From an uncultured Acidobacteriota bacterium (GTDB taxonomy: Bacteria; Acidobacteriota; JAQAZP01), in NCBI GenBank assembly GCA_963836075.1, contig CAWIIB010000009.1, forward strand, positions 704,001 through 768,000: 64,000 nt of DNA, written 5' to 3'. Below the pieces are notes generated by a model that was given only the letters and a program-made list of their open reading frames with translations, was not told the origin of the DNA and did no database searches. The position numbers were made by a program, and so were the translations under genes. Of the stretch, positions 10,997-19,296 are shown in pieces (position 1 is the first letter of the stretch; each line of letters starts with the position of its first letter).

Positions 10997-13900
10997 ATGG
11001 ATCGTTACCTCGCCTGCGCACTGGTTATGCTGTTCATCATGTTCCAACCGGGATTCCAGGGCCCGGCAGTTGCCGACGAAACCGACCTGGAGGGCCTGGC
11101 CCGGAGTCTCACCTCCGAGGATGACGCCGTCCGTTTCGCAGCGGTGGAGGCCCTGGGACAGGTCGGCGACCCGGAGGCCGTTCACCTGTTGATCAACGCA
11201 CTCAGCATCACGACCGCCGCCTCGGCACGGGAGATGGCCGGCGGCAGGGGATCCGACTTCAAGTTTCGCCAGACCGTGGCCCAAACCCTGGGGGAGATGG
11301 GCGAAATCGCCTTCGAGCCGTTGATCGCCGCCCTCGATGACCAGAACCGGAGTATCCGCAATGGCGCGGCCATGGCCCTGGTGTATCTTGGGGATGAACG
11401 GGCCATCGAACCGCTGATCGCCGGATTGCGGCAGGGACCGGGCGCACGGGGCCCATACAATTCCGGAGCCCTGTCCGGTCTGAGGCAATTCGGCTCACGA
11501 GCGGTGGAACCGCTGATTGCCGCACTGCAGGGCGATGATCCCTCTATCCGGGCCAACGCGGCCATCGCCCTGTCCTTCGCCAACAACAGCCGGGCGGTGC
11601 CGGCGCTCATCAAAGCCTTGCAGGATGAAGACCCGATGGTGCGCAGCCAGGCCGCCCTGGCCCTGGGCACGATCCGCGAGGCGGCGGCCGTGGAACCGCT
11701 ACTGGCCCTCCTGGAGGACGAAGAACCGCTCTGTCGGTCGAACGCCTGCTCGGCCCTGGGCTGGCTCGGGGACGACCGTGCCCTCGATCCGCTGCTCGCC
11801 ATGCTCGGGAACGACGAAAGCCCCCGGGTGAGAACAAACGCCGCACAGGGGCTGGGGCGACTGGAGAACAAGCAGGTCTTCGAACCGCTGCTGCACTCGC
11901 TGAGGAATGACCCGGACTGGATGGTTCGTGGGGCCGCCGCTTCTGCCCTGGCCGAGGTGGACAAAGAGCGGGCGGTGGAACCCCTGCTGGAAGCGCTGTC
12001 CCTGAAAGACGCTCCGCCTCCCGAGGACGCGGGGGAAACCCACCAGGTAACCGAGCGCCTGCTCAACGAAGACTGTGACCCGGTGGAGAACACCCGGGTG
12101 ATCAGTCAGTGGGAGCGGGAACGGGAGAGGTATCTGCAAAGCGTGGTCTTTGCGCTCTCCAACCTGAGGGAAACCCGGGCCATCGAGCCGCTGATCGAGA
12201 TGCTGGAGGATGAAAACCCGCAGATCAGGAGGGTGTCCGCCCGCATATTGGGGAACCTGCGCGACGAAAGGGCCGTGGAGCCGCTTCTCAAGGCGGTTGA
12301 GGACGAAGATCCCCGGGTCAGCCGTTATGCCGTCGAAGCCCTGCAGCGCCTGGGCCACCCACGGGGTGGGGAAAAAATGCAATCGGTGGATGCCCCGGCC
12401 GTCTGCTCACCGCCCGATGATCGGTCACGCCGCACCTCGGCGCGAGCCCTGGCAAACCGGGCGGGCACCGAAGACGAAATCGCTGCCATGCTGGAGAGCG
12501 GGGACCCGGAAGTCCGGGCCGTGGCATTGCTGGCCCTTGGTACTCAAGGCGATCCGGCGGATATGGCTCGGGTCGCCGCCGGCCTGGAGGACGATGAGGA
12601 GCTGGTTCGTGTCTGTGCCATCGAAGCCCTGTCCTATCTCCGCGATCCAAGAATCAGGCTGCTGGCGCCGATCCTGGGAAACCGCGGTGAAGAAACCGCC
12701 ACCAGGGTCGCGGCGGCAAAGGCCCTGGGCACCATCGGCAAACAGTCGCCTTCCATGCCGCTGATGGTGGCGCTGCAGGACGAGGCAGCCGAGATCCGCA
12801 CTGCAGCAGCCTCAGGGCTGGGCGATCTGCGTGACGACGGCACCGCGCTGCCGCTGATCGAGGCCCTGAAAGACGAGGATGAGGACGTTCGCACCGCCGC
12901 GGCCCTGTCACTGGGTAAACTCGGCGACCCCCGTGCCGTGGAACCGCTGCTCAGTTACCTGGATAGTTCTGACCAGAGAACTCGCATGCAAGCCTTGATG
13001 GCCCTTGGCCAGCTCAAGGACGAGCGGGCCGTGGAGCCTTTGCTCGAGGTCCTGCGGAACGAAACTCGCGAGAATGTCTTTGGTGTGATCAATGCCCTCG
13101 GCGAGATCGGAGACCCCCGGGCCGTGGAACCGCTGCTGGCCATGCTGGACAACGGCTGGGCCCGGGAGAACGCCCTTATGGCCCTGAGCAACATCCCCGA
13201 CCCGCGGGCGATCCAGGTGGTCATCGATTCCTTCGGCGAAGAGGAGGAGAACCGGTGGAGGTGGAGCCGCGCCGGCTACCGGCTGGCACAGTTGGGTGAG
13301 CCGGCCCTGGCCCCCCTGATCAGTTCGCTCCGGAATCAGTCGCCGCTGGTCCGGGCCAATGCGGCGCAGGCCCTGGGCCAGATGAAAGACGAGCGTGTTG
13401 TTGATCCCCTGATCAAAACGCTCGCCGAGGACGAGAGTGAACAGGTCCGGGCGAAGGCGGCCTTCTCGCTGGGCTGGACCGGTGACCAGCGGGCCATGGA
13501 TCCGTTGACCGCGGCCCTGAACGATCCATCAGACCAGGTCCGCAAGAGTGCCGTGAACGGACTGGGGGCCTTGGAGAACGAACAGCTCATCGACGTGCTG
13601 GTGACCGCACTGGACGATGACTCCGCCGAGGTTCGCACCGCCGTACTGCTGCAACTGATGCAGTTTGACGACCCGAAGATCATCGACCCGCTGCTGGCCG
13701 CCCTGGCGGACAGCGACGGCACGGTTCGGCAGAAGGCGGCCCTTGCCCTCTGCTACACTGGTCAGGATGATGCCCGGATCGGCCAGGCGTTCCAGTCGGC
13801 CGTGGACAACAGGGACCTGGCCATGGTCTCCGGCGCCTACGCCTGGCTGATCGAGAAGGGACTTCCCGGGTATCTCCCCCTGCTGGAAGAGGCGCTCACG

Positions 13901-14083
13901 GCCCACTGGTACCAGGAGATGGCCCAGGACCTGCTGATGTGCGGCAACCGCCGGCTGGAGCTGGCGGTGCGGAATCGGGCCATGACACAGAATCTCCCCG
14001 GAGTCCGGTTCTCCAATGAGTATTGTGTGCTCTGTCCTCGATGGGGGCGCCGTATTTCCCCCGGCCAGTCCGACATTCCGTAA
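10997..14083 (+). CDS. Exported HEAT/PBS-lyase repeat protein
   Basis: Many AVEPLxxxLxDxxxxVRxxAAxALG repeats; signal peptide MDRYLACALVMLFIMF..AVA; GGAGG RBS. Confidence 0.9.
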   Translation: MDRYLACALVMLFIMFQPGFQGPAVADETDLEGLARSLTSEDDAVRFAAVEALGQVGDPEAVHLLINALSITTAASAREMAGGRGSDFKFRQTVAQTLGEMGEIAFEPLIAALDDQNRSIRNGAAMALVYLGDERAIEPLIAGLRQGPGARGPYNSGALSGLRQFGSRAVEPLIAALQGDDPSIRANAAIALSFANNSRAVPALIKALQDEDPMVRSQAALALGTIREAAAVEPLLALLEDEEPLCRSNACSALGWLGDDRALDPLLAMLGNDESPRVRTNAAQGLGRLENKQVFEPLLHSLRNDPDWMVRGAAASALAEVDKERAVEPLLEALSLKDAPPPEDAGETHQVTERLLNEDCDPVENTRVISQWERERERYLQSVVFALSNLRETRAIEPLIEMLEDENPQIRRVSARILGNLRDERAVEPLLKAVEDEDPRVSRYAVEALQRLGHPRGGEKMQSVDAPAVCSPPDDRSRRTSARALANRAGTEDEIAAMLESGDPEVRAVALLALGTQGDPADMARVAAGLEDDEELVRVCAIEALSYLRDPRIRLLAPILGNRGEETATRVAAAKALGTIGKQSPSMPLMVALQDEAAEIRTAAASGLGDLRDDGTALPLIEALKDEDEDVRTAAALSLGKLGDPRAVEPLLSYLDSSDQRTRMQALMALGQLKDERAVEPLLEVLRNETRENVFGVINALGEIGDPRAVEPLLAMLDNGWARENALMALSNIPDPRAIQVVIDSFGEEEENRWRWSRAGYRLAQLGEPALAPLISSLRNQSPLVRANAAQALGQMKDERVVDPLIKTLAEDESEQVRAKAAFSLGWTGDQRAMDPLTAALNDPSDQVRKSAVNGLGALENEQLIDVLVTALDDDSAEVRTAVLLQLMQFDDPKIIDPLLAALADSDGTVRQKAALALCYTGQDDARIGQAFQSAVDNRDLAMVSGAYAWLIEKGLPGYLPLLEEALTAHWYQEMAQDLLMCGNRRLELAVRNRAMTQNLPGVRFSNEYCVLCPRWGRRISPGQSDIP

Positions 14084-14109
14084 CCGGCGGCGCAGGCCGG
14101 TTTCGTGGA

Positions 14110-14577
14110 TCAGGCAATGAGGTCTTTTTTCAGAAGCCAGGCCTCCCGGCGTGGTGTGGCTTCACGGGTTGCCGCCACAAAGCTCATCTCGGTGGCTCGC
14201 CAGAGCGCGGTGGGGGTGCAGGGAGGTTCCAGGCCAACCACCTGGATTTCTGGGGTTGTTTCCCGGACAACCTGATCGACTATGGAGAGCAGGTAGCCGA
14301 GGCCGGTGCCATGATCGAGGCTGTCGGGCCGGGCGGCCAGTTTCGAGAGATCATCGATCAGCATCACCTCCCCCGGATTTCCCAGGCCGGTGACCTCGTC
14401 GACGAACACCACCCGCTCGCACTCTTCCACCAGTTCAAGGAGGTTGTTCTGGGAGAGACTGCCGTCCACCACCTCGACACCGTGGGGAAGTTCACGCTGG
14501 GCCAGCTGGTCGAATACCTGCGGACCGGCCGAGTCGCCGTCCGCATGACGTTTACCGATACAAATGATGCGTATCAT
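14110..14577 (-). CDS. Hydrogenase maturation protease-like protein (HybD/HycI family)
   Basis: IICIG..GDSAG, VEVVDG, VVFVD, LDHG, IQVVGLEP pattern. Confidence 0.7.
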   Translation of the reverse strand: MIRIICIGKRHADGDSAGPQVFDQLAQRELPHGVEVVDGSLSQNNLLELVEECERVVFVDEVTGLGNPGEVMLIDDLSKLAARPDSLDHGTGLGYLLSIVDQVVRETTPEIQVVGLEPPCTPTALWRATEMSFVAATREATPRREAWLLKKDLIA

Positions 14578-14703
14578 CCCCTCTATCTCCGATGCTGAGT
14601 GTCGACAGATCCCCTTGGCCAATGCCGTTCTTTTCGGCATTCGGCCGTCCCCAATCAAGAGATAGTCCGCTGTCTCGATAGAATTTTTTTGGGGCTGGCT
14701 GGT

Positions 14704-15939
14704 TCACACCAGAAACGCGTCGGGAACATCCAGGATGCGGGCAATCTCCAGCACCCGCGACTTCACGTCAAATCCCAGGGCACAGGCGGCGCCGCAGGAG
14801 CGGCAACCGGCGCAGGGGATATCGGCGGGTGTCAACGAGCCCAGGGCCATCCTCGCCTTCCCCGGCTGCCGGTGCCCGTACGCATACATATACCCCCGCA
14901 TCAGCGTGGGGATATCCAGCTCCGCCGGGCAGCCGGCCAGGCAGGCGGAACATTGCTGGCAGAAAAGCCCGGCGAGTTTCTGCTCCTCCCCCAGCTTGAG
15001 ATCCTGACGTTCTTCAGGGGTCAGCTCCGGGTCCCGCATCACCTCCAGGTCCTCGTTCATCTCCTCGTAACTGGAGAAGGCAGGGATGGTGGTGTGCACA
15101 TTTTCGTCGGCCAGCACCCATTTGAGGGCCGCCTTCATATTGATCTTTCGCAGGCGTAACCGGTCCCAGTAGACACCGGCCTGGGTCTTCATCGCCACCA
15201 CCCCCACCCCGGCGCCGGCCGCCGCGGCAATGGCCCTGCGCACCTCTTCGCGGTGGGTCTGCCGGAAGTTGTAGGCGGTGACCACCACGTCCCAGAAGCC
15301 GCTCTCGGCCGCCGCCCGGATCACCTCCGGTTCCCGCTGGTGGGTGATCAGCCCCGCAAAGCGGGTCTTGCCCGCTTTTTTGAGCCGCCCGTAGGCCTCG
15401 ATGTACGGCTCGTGCAGCGCGGCCTCGCGGCTCCCCACCGAAGCCATGTAGTAGATGTCCACGTGGTCGAGGCCCAGACGCCGCAGGCTGCCGTCCATCG
15501 ATTCGATGATCCGTGCCGGGTCGGCCTCCCTGCCGATATCCAGTGAGCGGTCCTGACCGAAGCGGTAGGGCAGGTCAGGGCTGGTGGCGACGACAAAGGA
15601 ATCCCTCGGCCGCCCCTTGAACACCTCACCGAGCAGCCGCTCGTGCCTCTCCTCGCCGTAGCCGCTGGAGGTGTGGAGGTAGACGATCCCCTCGTCCAGG
15701 GCGGAGCGGGCGAGGTTGATCGCGTAGCTGGATCCCATGCTGACGATGGGAAGACTGAGCCCGGTGCGCCCCAGGGTTCGGCAGACCGGGGCCGCGGCCG
15801 ATGCCGGCGCAGCCGGTTCCGGGGGCGGCTGGGGCGAACAGGCCGGCGAAGCGGTCAGTGCCGCACCGGCAAGGCCGGCCGCCCCCGCTTTCAGAAAGAT
15901 TCTCCTGGTCGGCACGCGGTCACGGCTCATGGGATTCAC
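14704..15939 (-). CDS. Aldo/keto reductase with Tat signal and C-terminal Fe-S-like Cys clusters
   Basis: TRRIFLK; RTLGRTGL; SLRRLGLDHVDIYY; CQQCSACLAGCP and CAGCRSCGAAC. Confidence 0.88.
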   Translation of the reverse strand: MNPMSRDRVPTRRIFLKAGAAGLAGAALTASPACSPQPPPEPAAPASAAAPVCRTLGRTGLSLPIVSMGSSYAINLARSALDEGIVYLHTSSGYGEERHERLLGEVFKGRPRDSFVVATSPDLPYRFGQDRSLDIGREADPARIIESMDGSLRRLGLDHVDIYYMASVGSREAALHEPYIEAYGRLKKAGKTRFAGLITHQREPEVIRAAAESGFWDVVVTAYNFRQTHREEVRRAIAAAAGAGVGVVAMKTQAGVYWDRLRLRKINMKAALKWVLADENVHTTIPAFSSYEEMNEDLEVMRDPELTPEERQDLKLGEEQKLAGLFCQQCSACLAGCPAELDIPTLMRGYMYAYGHRQPGKARMALGSLTPADIPCAGCRSCGAACALGFDVKSRVLEIARILDVPDAFLV

Positions 15940-15993
15940 CTCACGAAAGCCCGGACACTATGAATATCCAGGAGAGACTTGGTGCGGAGCGGC

Positions 15994-16338
15994 CTACATC
16001 TGCTCCAGGCACTCCAGGGGCACCCAGCCCACTGCTCCGGACGGCACCTCACCCCAGAGCCAGTCACTCTCGATGAGCAGGCAGTGGATGTAGTCGCCCT
16101 CCTCCACCGCCAGCTCGGTGGAGTCATAGTCCCGGTTCATCACGCAGAACTGGCCATCCACCTCCACCCAGGCCTCGGGCACCCATCCGGCCTGGCCGTC
16201 CTTGCTCCTGACCCAGAGCCACCCTTCCCACTCCGTGTCGCGGCGCTCGAACCGCAGCTGCTCACCGGCGAAGAGTGTCAGCGGCTCTGTCTCATCCGGC
16301 TCGTGGGCCCTGATGACCCGGAAACGCTCAAAGTACAT
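15994..16338 (-). CDS. Tandem SH3-like domain protein
   Basis: Two WLW..GWVP units; DYDSTELAVEEGD. Confidence 0.8.
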   Translation of the reverse strand: MYFERFRVIRAHEPDETEPLTLFAGEQLRFERRDTEWEGWLWVRSKDGQAGWVPEAWVEVDGQFCVMNRDYDSTELAVEEGDYIHCLLIESDWLWGEVPSGAVGWVPLECLEQM

Positions 16339-16352
16339 CGCAATCCCCTCAG

Positions 16353-17075
16353 TCAGGTCTCATGGTTTCCGGCCGCCTGGTCAGGAAAGCCCATCAGCAG
16401 CCGGTTCTTCGGCGTGATCTCTTCCGGAATCAACCGGGTAACCACCTGGTAACCGGCCTGGCGAAGCCTGGCCGCCCTGGTGAGATCCACGGCCAGAGGG
16501 CCGTCCACCCAGCCCTCCAGACCGCCGGTTGCCGATCGCTCCAGGTCGTGGCAACAGGGCAGAACAGCCACCCGCGCCCCGGCCTCCATTGCCAGGTCGA
16601 GCACCGTGTCGCTGAGCGAACCACAGGCGTGGGCCGAAACCGCCAGATCGCCGGGGAGCAGCTGGAAGGTCTGCAGCGGTGCGTCCACAAACCGCACGCG
16701 GTTCTCCAGCCGCGGCCAGGCAGCGGTCACCGCCCGGGACAGCTTCCGGGCATTCTTCGGAATCCGCTGGTCCACCACCACCGCCTCCGGCGAGCTGTCG
16801 TCGAGAAGCAGCATGATCTGGGCCAGCAGCCCGTGCCCGCCGGCGAAGTCCACCACCCGGCCTCCGCGGAACCGACGGCGCACCCGGCGGGCGAACTCCC
16901 ACGATTCAAAAAGCTCCTTGGCCGGCAGCGTCCCGGCAGAGCAGACCGCTCGCGCGATCCGGTCAAACAGCGTCTCCCCGGGGAACTCCGCCAGTTGTCT
17001 GTTGGTGAGTCTGCTCTTGGAGGATCTCTTCATTGCCCCACTCCCGATCCTACTCCACATGTCCATAATACTCAT
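16353..17075 (-). CDS. SAM-dependent methyltransferase (Methyltransf_32-like)
   Basis: VVDFAGGHGLL, HACGSLSD, LPCCH, TPKNRL. Confidence 0.8.
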   Translation of the reverse strand: MSIMDMWSRIGSGAMKRSSKSRLTNRQLAEFPGETLFDRIARAVCSAGTLPAKELFESWEFARRVRRRFRGGRVVDFAGGHGLLAQIMLLLDDSSPEAVVVDQRIPKNARKLSRAVTAAWPRLENRVRFVDAPLQTFQLLPGDLAVSAHACGSLSDTVLDLAMEAGARVAVLPCCHDLERSATGGLEGWVDGPLAVDLTRAARLRQAGYQVVTRLIPEEITPKNRLLMGFPDQAAGNHET

Positions 17076-17125
17076 TTCAACTCGCCCGGTGAATTGAAAG
17101 ATTCGCCGCCCCGGGAAATTGCCGA

Positions 17126-17154
17126 TTGACGATCTGGCCGGTAGGGATTATGTT
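17126..17154 (+). promoter_or_regulatory. sigma70-type promoter
   Basis: TTGACG-N17-TATGTT upstream of the cytochrome gene. Confidence 0.5.
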
Positions 17155-17277
17155 GGTGAAAACAAAGACCGCCTGATGATGATCATGTGTGGTGATGGTC
17201 TCACTGCTCCGGCGAACGGGCTGGCAATCGCCTGCGGCAAAGACAGCTGCGAACCGCTGCAAAGGGGGTATCATTCA

Positions 17278-18687
17278 ATGAAATACACGGCCTTTCTTCT
17301 CTGCCTGATGCTGATGCTGTTCGGCGCAACCACCGCCCGTGCCGATGACGAGGCTCCCGGGTACACCCACGAAGAGTACTACGAGCACTATGAGGGCACA
17401 GCCACCTGCCTGGAGTGCCACGAGGAGGAGGCCACATCCTTCTTTCACTCCCAGCACTACCAGTGGCAGGGGGAAGCGCCGGCGATCACCGGCTCGGGGA
17501 CCCAAAAATATGGCAAGATGAACACGATCAACGATTTCTGCACCAACCCGCTGGCCAGCTGGATCGGCGAGGCCGTGAACAGTGACGGCAACGTCATTTC
17601 CCGCGGCTGCTCCCAGTGCCACGCCGGCCTGGGCAAGCTGCCTTCGGCGACCATCTCCAGGGAGCAGCTGGAGAACATCGACTGCCTCTTCTGCCACGTC
17701 AAAGGCTACCGCCGCAGCCTCTACAAGTCGGATGACGGCGAGTGGGAATGGCGGCCGATCCTCTGGAACAACCAGGAGGGGATGGACGAGGTGAGCAAGC
17801 GGATCTCGGCGCCCACCCGGACCATGTGCCTGCGCTGCCACTCGGGGTCCGGAGGCGGCCAGAACTTCAAGCGCGGCGACCTCGAGTATGCGCTGCGCGA
17901 CTGCGACCGGGAGTTCGACGTGCACATGGCATCAGAGGGTGAGAACCTGACCTGCGCCAACTGCCATGCCGGTGGCGACCACCGGGTGCTTGGCCGGGGC
18001 ACCGACCTGGCGGGCACCGACCTGCCCGGCAGATCGATCAACTGCGACGGGGCGTGCCACGGCCAGGCACCGCACAAGGCCAAGGCGTTGAACCACCACT
18101 GTGAAAAGATCTACTGCACCGTCTGCCACATCCCGGAGTTCGCCAAGGAAGATGCCACCGACATGTTCCGCGACTGGTCCACGCCGGTGCACAAGACGGA
18201 CATCAACAAGTACACGCCCACCATCCACCTGGAAAAGGATGTGCAGCCGGCCCTGGCCTGGTACAACGGGATGACCACCATGCAGTTCATGGGCCAGCCG
18301 GCCACGACCCTCGACGACGGCACCGTGGGGATCATGATCCCCGAAGGCAGCCGCGAGGATCCGAAGTCGCGGCTCTACGCCTTCAAGCTGCGCCACTCCA
18401 GCCTGCCGATACTGAAGAAAGAGCGCTGGCTGATCCCCATCGCCGTGGAAAGCTACTTTGTTGACGGTGACGTGGACCACGCGGTGAGCGAGGCGGCTGA
18501 GGTCAGCTACGGCATCGAGCACCCGGACTACGAGTGGATCCAGACCACCCGCTACATGGGCATTTTCCACGAGGTGCAGCCCAGGGAGGCGGCCCTGGGC
18601 TGTCTCGACTGCCACAGCGAGAACGGACGGCTGGACTGGAAGGACCTGGGGTACGAGGCCGACCCGCTGGCGCAGTTCTTCGAGTAG
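17278..18687 (+). CDS. Octaheme c-type cytochrome, tetrathionate reductase (OTR)-like
   Basis: Signal peptide; 7 CxxCH plus one CDGACH; GKMNTINDFC segment; closing ALGCLDCH..RLDWKDLGY. Confidence 0.85.
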   Translation: MKYTAFLLCLMLMLFGATTARADDEAPGYTHEEYYEHYEGTATCLECHEEEATSFFHSQHYQWQGEAPAITGSGTQKYGKMNTINDFCTNPLASWIGEAVNSDGNVISRGCSQCHAGLGKLPSATISREQLENIDCLFCHVKGYRRSLYKSDDGEWEWRPILWNNQEGMDEVSKRISAPTRTMCLRCHSGSGGGQNFKRGDLEYALRDCDREFDVHMASEGENLTCANCHAGGDHRVLGRGTDLAGTDLPGRSINCDGACHGQAPHKAKALNHHCEKIYCTVCHIPEFAKEDATDMFRDWSTPVHKTDINKYTPTIHLEKDVQPALAWYNGMTTMQFMGQPATTLDDGTVGIMIPEGSREDPKSRLYAFKLRHSSLPILKKERWLIPIAVESYFVDGDVDHAVSEAAEVSYGIEHPDYEWIQTTRYMGIFHEVQPREAALGCLDCHSENGRLDWKDLGYEADPLAQFFE

Positions 18688-18693
18688 CGGTGA

Positions 18694-18718
18694 AAGAGGT
18701 GATCGGTCACCTCTTCTT
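18694..18718 (+). terminator. Hairpin downstream of the cytochrome gene
   Basis: AAGAGGTGA-tcgg-TCACCTCTT followed by CTT. Confidence 0.5.
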
Positions 18719-18858
18719 CGTCAGGACGTGGGCGAAAAAACGCCGGCTGGGGTTCGAGAGCAAGGCGACGGCTGATGAGAAAGCGCAGCATACTCTAGAT
18801 GGTATGTGAGCATTTCGAATAAGCCGTCAACGATGCCCTCGGGCCTCAGACGGCGTTT

Positions 18859-19233
18859 TTAGTCCAGCCGGTCAAAGACCTTCTTCGTAATCTCCGACTC
18901 CACGCTGCCGGTGTGGGCAATACCCGCCGGCTCGAAGAGCAGCAGCTTGACGTGGCCGTGGGGGATCACCCGGTGCTCCACGCCCCGCCCGACGATGCAG
19001 AACTCGCCGGTGTGCAGCCAGGTGGGTTCCTTCACCCCCTTCTCCAGCACCTCCAGTTCCCCGTCGAGGACGCAGAACAGTTCGTCCTCGTCCAGGTGGG
19101 TGTGCCACGGGACCTTGTCCCCCTCGCAGCGGACCAGCATCACCAGCTGGCCATTCAGTTCACCCACAACCTTCGGCGAAAACATGTCGTCGAACCGGTC
19201 AAAGCAGTCGGCGATATTTATCACTTTCGCCAT
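18859..19233 (-). CDS. Cupin domain protein
   Basis: PWHTHLDEDELF..GEFCIVGRGVEHR. Confidence 0.88.
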   Translation of the reverse strand: MAKVINIADCFDRFDDMFSPKVVGELNGQLVMLVRCEGDKVPWHTHLDEDELFCVLDGELEVLEKGVKEPTWLHTGEFCIVGRGVEHRVIPHGHVKLLLFEPAGIAHTGSVESEITKKVFDRLD

Positions 19234-19296
19234 GATGGCCTCCTTTCAACCGTCGTGACGTGCCCGTCACCCGGCCATACCCGCCTCCCGCAAAGG

